In this document: piece by piece, positions 16,088 through 20,000 of the stretch | Numbering within the stretch: the stretch's first letter is position 1 | Layout of the letters: each line of letters opens with the position of its first letter | Assembly: GCA_018221105.1 (NCBI GenBank) | Contig: JAAOYA010000008.1 | Coordinates: 44,648-64,647 of the forward strand | Length of the DNA stretch: 20,000 nt | Direction: 5' to 3' | Source of the DNA: Candidatus Woesearchaeota archaeon | GTDB lineage: Archaea > Nanobdellota > Nanobdellia > Woesearchaeales > JAAOYA01 | Made by a program: the position numbers and the translations under genes | The notes under the pieces: generated by a model | What the model was told of the DNA's origin: nothing | Database searches by the model: none | What the model saw: only the letters and a program-made list of their open reading frames with translations

Positions 16088-16507
16088 TTATTTTTTCTTA
16101 AAAGCAATCAATATTAACATTATCGCCCCTATAGTAATCGCACTATCTGCAATGTTGAACACCGGCCAAACTCTTAAATTAATAAAGTCTATAACATAGC
16201 CAAAAAACAATCTGTCAATAAGATTGCCAATCGCTCCAGCAATAATCAACGCTAGTGGCAATTGATACTTTTTCTCACTAGTCAAAAAAAGCCAAACAAA
16301 AACACTCAATAATAACAGCCCGAAAACCAGCAAGAACACGTTATTACCTCTAAGTAAACTAAAAGCTGCTCCAGTATTTGTAGTGAACGATAAAAAATAA
16401 TAATTCCACTCGAAAACTCTTGCAAAATATTTTGTTATTTGGTCAAAGAGAACAATCACTAAAATCAAAAAAAGGTTTTTTTTACCATGGCTTATCCTTG
16501 TTTTCAT
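16088..16507 (-). CDS. lspA: Lipoprotein signal peptidase (signal peptidase II, peptidase A8)
   Basis: DQITK, NTGAAFS, GAIGNLIDR, VIDFI and WPVFNIAD, with both catalytic Asp present. Start uncertain: in-frame ATG 16507, or out-of-frame ATG 16488 (see findings). Confidence 0.92.
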   Translation of the reverse strand: MKTRISHGKKNLFLILVIVLFDQITKYFARVFEWNYYFLSFTTNTGAAFSLLRGNNVFLLVFGLLLLSVFVWLFLTSEKKYQLPLALIIAGAIGNLIDRLFFGYVIDFINLRVWPVFNIADSAITIGAIMLILIAFKKK

Positions 16508-16850
16508 TGTGCATTTCTCGCTCAATATTTTCAAGTCGTTGATTAATAGCGTCAATGTGAGCTCTAATACTATCAAGCTTGCTCAAGACTAATTCTATAT
16601 CTTTATCTTTAGCGTGAACAGCCCTATCAGCTCCTATTGGCCCAGCATTGAGAGGGTTTACGCTGACGCCGGGGTCTGTTGGGTTAAAAGGAAGATTTTG
16701 TCCTACAGGAGGAAGGCCTTGATTAGGATTGTGACCTATTGGATTGTCAAAGCCCGTCGGTGCAACGTCTGGCGGTGGAAGATTGCGAGCATCATCTACA
16801 GATGGCTCGAATTCATCTTTTTTCTTATCAAAAATTCCAAAAAAACTCAT
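16482..16850 (-). CDS. Hypothetical protein, Pro-rich N-half and C-terminal coiled coil
   Basis: 122 aa; heptad pattern in KDIELVLSKLDSIRAHIDAINQRLENIE. Confidence 0.7.
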   Translation of the reverse strand: MSFFGIFDKKKDEFEPSVDDARNLPPPDVAPTGFDNPIGHNPNQGLPPVGQNLPFNPTDPGVSVNPLNAGPIGADRAVHAKDKDIELVLSKLDSIRAHIDAINQRLENIEREMHNENKDKPW

Positions 16851-16898
16851 TTTGTTTCACACTCTTTTAATCAATAATTGATGTACTGTTTTAAATGT

Positions 16899-19349
16899 TT
16901 AACTAAAAATATTGCTAAAAAAGTTTTTAATCCGCTCAAAAAAACCAACAGTCGTAGTGTTTTCGCGTCCTGTTTCCTCACCTAAATCAACTATTGCTTT
17001 GCCCTCATCAAGGTTTTGGCTTATCACATCACCACTAGTATTATTTATTGTCACACTATTTGACGCAGTAGTGTAGACTTCATCACGATAATAATAACTT
17101 GCAATTGCTGGCTTTGCTATTAATTGTGCTAGTGGAGTGCTGACTTTGAAACTGACTGTTTTTTGAGCGTTTGAAAACATTGTAATATTCCAGGATTTTC
17201 CAACATCAAAAAGTTCTACGTTTGCACTATCACGTCCAATGTTTTGTACTATGATAAAAACTTCGTAAGCATTAGGACTTGTTTTTGTTACTTTTTTAGT
17301 TAATAGTATTGCTGGACCGTCAAGTTTGCCTTTCTCTACAGTTACAGCATCAAGAGATGTCTCATTAGAGTAACCTACATATTCTAATTTGTAATTTGCA
17401 CTGCTATAATTTATTGTGAAATCACCGATTTGTTTGAATCGAACCCTCTCACCTTCAATGATTATTTGACTGCGCCCTCCCAAATCACCAATAATTCTTG
17501 TTGTCGGACCAATAACATCATAGAATCTTCCAAGAGCATAATCTAATCTTACGCCTTTAGCAGTTTGATCGCCCTCATTTTCTAAAGTGTAAGGAACTTG
17601 ATAGATTTTTCCCTGCTCTAACTCTTCATCAATATCACGAGTGATTTTTAGACTGGTAGTTGGAATAATGCTATAGTTATAGTTAGGGTCTTCATAGACT
17701 ACAATCTTGCTCTTTTTTGTCTCAGTAAACAATTCTCCATCATACTCGTATTCAATAATTGTTTGCACATCATAAGATGTTAATTCTTCAACAAATGGTG
17801 CCACAACATAATAAGTGTAAGCTATTTTTGTTTGATCACTAACAATATCGAGCACTACCCCAGGCATTCCCTTAATAATCATTCCAATAACTTTGTCTGT
17901 GATGTTAACATCTTCTAAGTCAATGTTGCGATTGTTTGTTACTTCAACAAGAATTTTCGTGTTATTGCCCGCAGTCATGCGCTCTTCATCAATAGTATGT
18001 TTTATTGAAACTTTTTTTGGTGCTATAACATTTACAGACTCTGAAATTTTAGTAATATAGGGTACTCCAAACCCATCACGATAACTCACTATTGCGCTAA
18101 AAGAGTAAACTTTATTGCCAGCGGTTTTTGGCATTGGAAGTTCAATGTCTAAAATTTGTGCAAAACTATCAGCTTGCAGTAGTGTTTGGCGATAAGTTGG
18201 AAAATACCCTAAAGTGCCATTATAATATACTGTTATGTCATAAAAATCAGTGTGCTCGTTAGGATTCTCAATCCAAGCGCGAACTTTATAACTTGTTCCT
18301 GATTCAATATTGTCCTCTAAGTTTGTTGAAGATATCAATCCCGTAACATTAACATCATAGTCAATAAATTCTTCGCGGTGAACTAATTCTTTATCTTTTT
18401 CATACTCGTAAACAAGTTTTACCTGTGCTGGTCCAGTGTGTAATGTTTCAAAAGTTATATGATAATCTTCCAATTCGCCAGGACTAAAAACTTCGTCATT
18501 TATTAGTTTGTAACCAGTAGACTTTTTTAGTCCGCCACCAAAAGTTAAAATTTTTAAGTTTTCTGGAAAGTGTATTTCAAAGCGAACATCTAATTCTTGA
18601 TCTTCAAGATTTTCAAAAGTCACGTTAAAAAATGATTCTTCGCCACTTTCAAGGCGCTCTTTTGGCACAATTGTAGTAATATCAAAAGGGTTTTTTACTG
18701 TTAGTTTTTTTGTGCTGCTAAACGTTTCAATCATTTCATAGCCATTAAAATATTTTATTTTTGCAACACTATCAAAAATAACTTTTTCTGAAGGCAAGAG
18801 TTCATAAGTGCAAATTCTGCTATCGCCTTTTGCAATACTTCCTTGATAGCGCACTGTGTGAGCTCCGTAAGTACAGCCTTTGCCGCTTGCACTTTCTACT
18901 TTAATGCTTGTTGGAAAATCATCAGTGAAAAGTATGTTATCAGCGTCAGTGTCTCCAGTGTTTGTGATAGTTGTCGTGACAGTCAATGGCTCGAACAAGA
19001 AAACGTTTTCTTTTGTGAACTCGCGCTCTATTGTGGCTGTTGCAATATTGTGATAGGCCTTGACTCTTGCTTTGTACTGGTCACGCTCCTCATCATAAGT
19101 TAGTGCGTAAGCGCAAACTTTTAGTATTCCTTGTTCTGTACAACGATCAGGGTAAATAAAGTAAGCGTCAAAATCAGAGCGAAGTGATAGTTTTGAGCCT
19201 GCAGGGTCAACGTCTAACGTGAAAAAATCATCTTCTATTTTTATAGTTGAACCTTCAAAAATAGTCTCGTCAGCTATAAGCTCTGAAGCTATTACTGGAG
19301 CACTCATTACTATCAATAGTAGTGCAAGTATTATTGTTTTATTCTTCAT
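16899..19349 (-). CDS. Secreted multi-Ig-like (DUF11/CARDB/BatD-like) surface or S-layer-type protein
   Basis: Signal peptide MKNKTIILALLLIVMSAPVIA. Repeated motifs TITNTGD, TFENLED, WIENPNE, EVTNNRN, TLENEGD and IVQNIGR. Amphipathic C-terminus GFFERIKNFFSNIFS. Confidence 0.8.
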   Translation of the reverse strand: MKNKTIILALLLIVMSAPVIASELIADETIFEGSTIKIEDDFFTLDVDPAGSKLSLRSDFDAYFIYPDRCTEQGILKVCAYALTYDEERDQYKARVKAYHNIATATIEREFTKENVFLFEPLTVTTTITNTGDTDADNILFTDDFPTSIKVESASGKGCTYGAHTVRYQGSIAKGDSRICTYELLPSEKVIFDSVAKIKYFNGYEMIETFSSTKKLTVKNPFDITTIVPKERLESGEESFFNVTFENLEDQELDVRFEIHFPENLKILTFGGGLKKSTGYKLINDEVFSPGELEDYHITFETLHTGPAQVKLVYEYEKDKELVHREEFIDYDVNVTGLISSTNLEDNIESGTSYKVRAWIENPNEHTDFYDITVYYNGTLGYFPTYRQTLLQADSFAQILDIELPMPKTAGNKVYSFSAIVSYRDGFGVPYITKISESVNVIAPKKVSIKHTIDEERMTAGNNTKILVEVTNNRNIDLEDVNITDKVIGMIIKGMPGVVLDIVSDQTKIAYTYYVVAPFVEELTSYDVQTIIEYEYDGELFTETKKSKIVVYEDPNYNYSIIPTTSLKITRDIDEELEQGKIYQVPYTLENEGDQTAKGVRLDYALGRFYDVIGPTTRIIGDLGGRSQIIIEGERVRFKQIGDFTINYSSANYKLEYVGYSNETSLDAVTVEKGKLDGPAILLTKKVTKTSPNAYEVFIIVQNIGRDSANVELFDVGKSWNITMFSNAQKTVSFKVSTPLAQLIAKPAIASYYYRDEVYTTASNSVTINNTSGDVISQNLDEGKAIVDLGEETGRENTTTVGFFERIKNFFSNIFS

Positions 19350-19998
19350 CTTCCATGCTTTTAATCGCCTCATCAATCACAAATTGTGGAACTTTTTTTA
19401 TAAACTTAAAAACAGGAGTTTCTGGGTAAATATTAATCTTTCCATCGCGATAACTAGTTAATAATTCTTGCACTCCGCCTTGGGGCATTGTCTCTTGCAA
19501 CGATGCCGCAAAAAGCATTGCTTTTAGTTGTTCATCAATTATTTGGTCTGTTATTTGGTCTATTGCCACTTGACGGTACTCTGACGGGTAATCATCAGGA
19601 ATCATTAAGTTTGCAAAGTCCAGTACAGGAGTTGGTGATTGTATAAGACTAGTAACTTGCTCTGGCGTGAGTGCAACTTGTTCAAAAACAATACTTTGAG
19701 TGTTGTTTTCAATCAATGCAATGTCAATTACAAAATACTTGTAATAATTTGTATTACTAACACTTTTTGGGTCATAAGTCAAGTTTACAAGTTCCTCAGA
19801 TACTAAAAAGCTGGGCTCTGGGTTTTGAGCACTAAAAGCCATAGCACTAATTGCTGTGCCATCATCTTCTAAAACGTATAAAATATCGCTTGTTGGCATT
19901 TTTTCTTTGAGGTCCATTGCATCTTGAAAAATAATCCATCCAAAATAACCGCTAACAGCCATCAGGATTAGTATTACTATAAAAAAATATTTGAAAAC
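19339..19998 (-). CDS. Hypothetical membrane-anchored protein (5'-truncated by window edge)
   Basis: The frame stays open past ATG 19962 to the edge (VFKYFFIVILILMAVSGYFGW, a TM segment); overlaps the next gene by 11 nt. Confidence 0.7.
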   Translation of the reverse strand, partial: VFKYFFIVILILMAVSGYFGWIIFQDAMDLKEKMPTSDILYVLEDDGTAISAMAFSAQNPEPSFLVSEELVNLTYDPKSVSNTNYYKYFVIDIALIENNTQSIVFEQVALTPEQVTSLIQSPTPVLDFANLMIPDDYPSEYRQVAIDQITDQIIDEQLKAMLFAASLQETMPQGGVQELLTSYRDGKINIYPETPVFKFIKKVPQFVIDEAIKSMEDEE

Positions 19999-20000
19999 TT

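Noticed and set aside
11337..19461. ORFs 11337-11726, 13302-13502, 13359-13673, 13873-14097, 14389-14688, 14806-15012, 14812-15033, 15233-15472, 16614-16877, 18843-19103, 19219-19461
   Set aside because: They overlap recognised genes in another frame or strand and have shadow-like composition.
1..20000. tRNA/rRNA genes, integrase or provirus
   Set aside because: Intergenic gaps are short and AT-rich with no cloverleaf or GC-rich structured RNA, and no recombinase or virion motifs were recognised.

Overview
AT-rich, very densely packed archaeal DNA. It carries aIF-1A, BRE/TATA-type promoters and mostly leaderless genes. The gene set (aIF-1A, RDD-SppA, LspA, Ig-repeat surface protein, many short orphans) looks like a DPANN/Woesearchaeota-type genome, which is an inference. 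The left ~5.8 kb is the most interesting part. It holds a tightly coupled minus-strand three-gene operon: a Zn-ribbon + tandem winged-helix protein, an 829-aa GHKL/MORC-like ATPase with two duplicated beta-sandwich domains, and a DUF1016_N/YhcG-N-like protein. The operon has its own BRE-TATA promoter next to a repeat array that looks like an operator, and it converges on a 5'-truncated gene for a PD-(D/E)xK/NERD-like nuclease. I do not recognise this arrangement as a named system and propose it as a candidate undescribed anti-MGE/DNA-processing module. The middle (6-13 kb) is a run of short accessory genes: HEAT repeat, HicB-like, ASCH, DUF5678-like, CE4 deacetylase, AlkD-like and orphans. The right part is housekeeping and envelope genes. 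No tRNA, rRNA, CRISPR array, integrase or transposase was seen. All family calls come from motif recognition by eye, with no database search.
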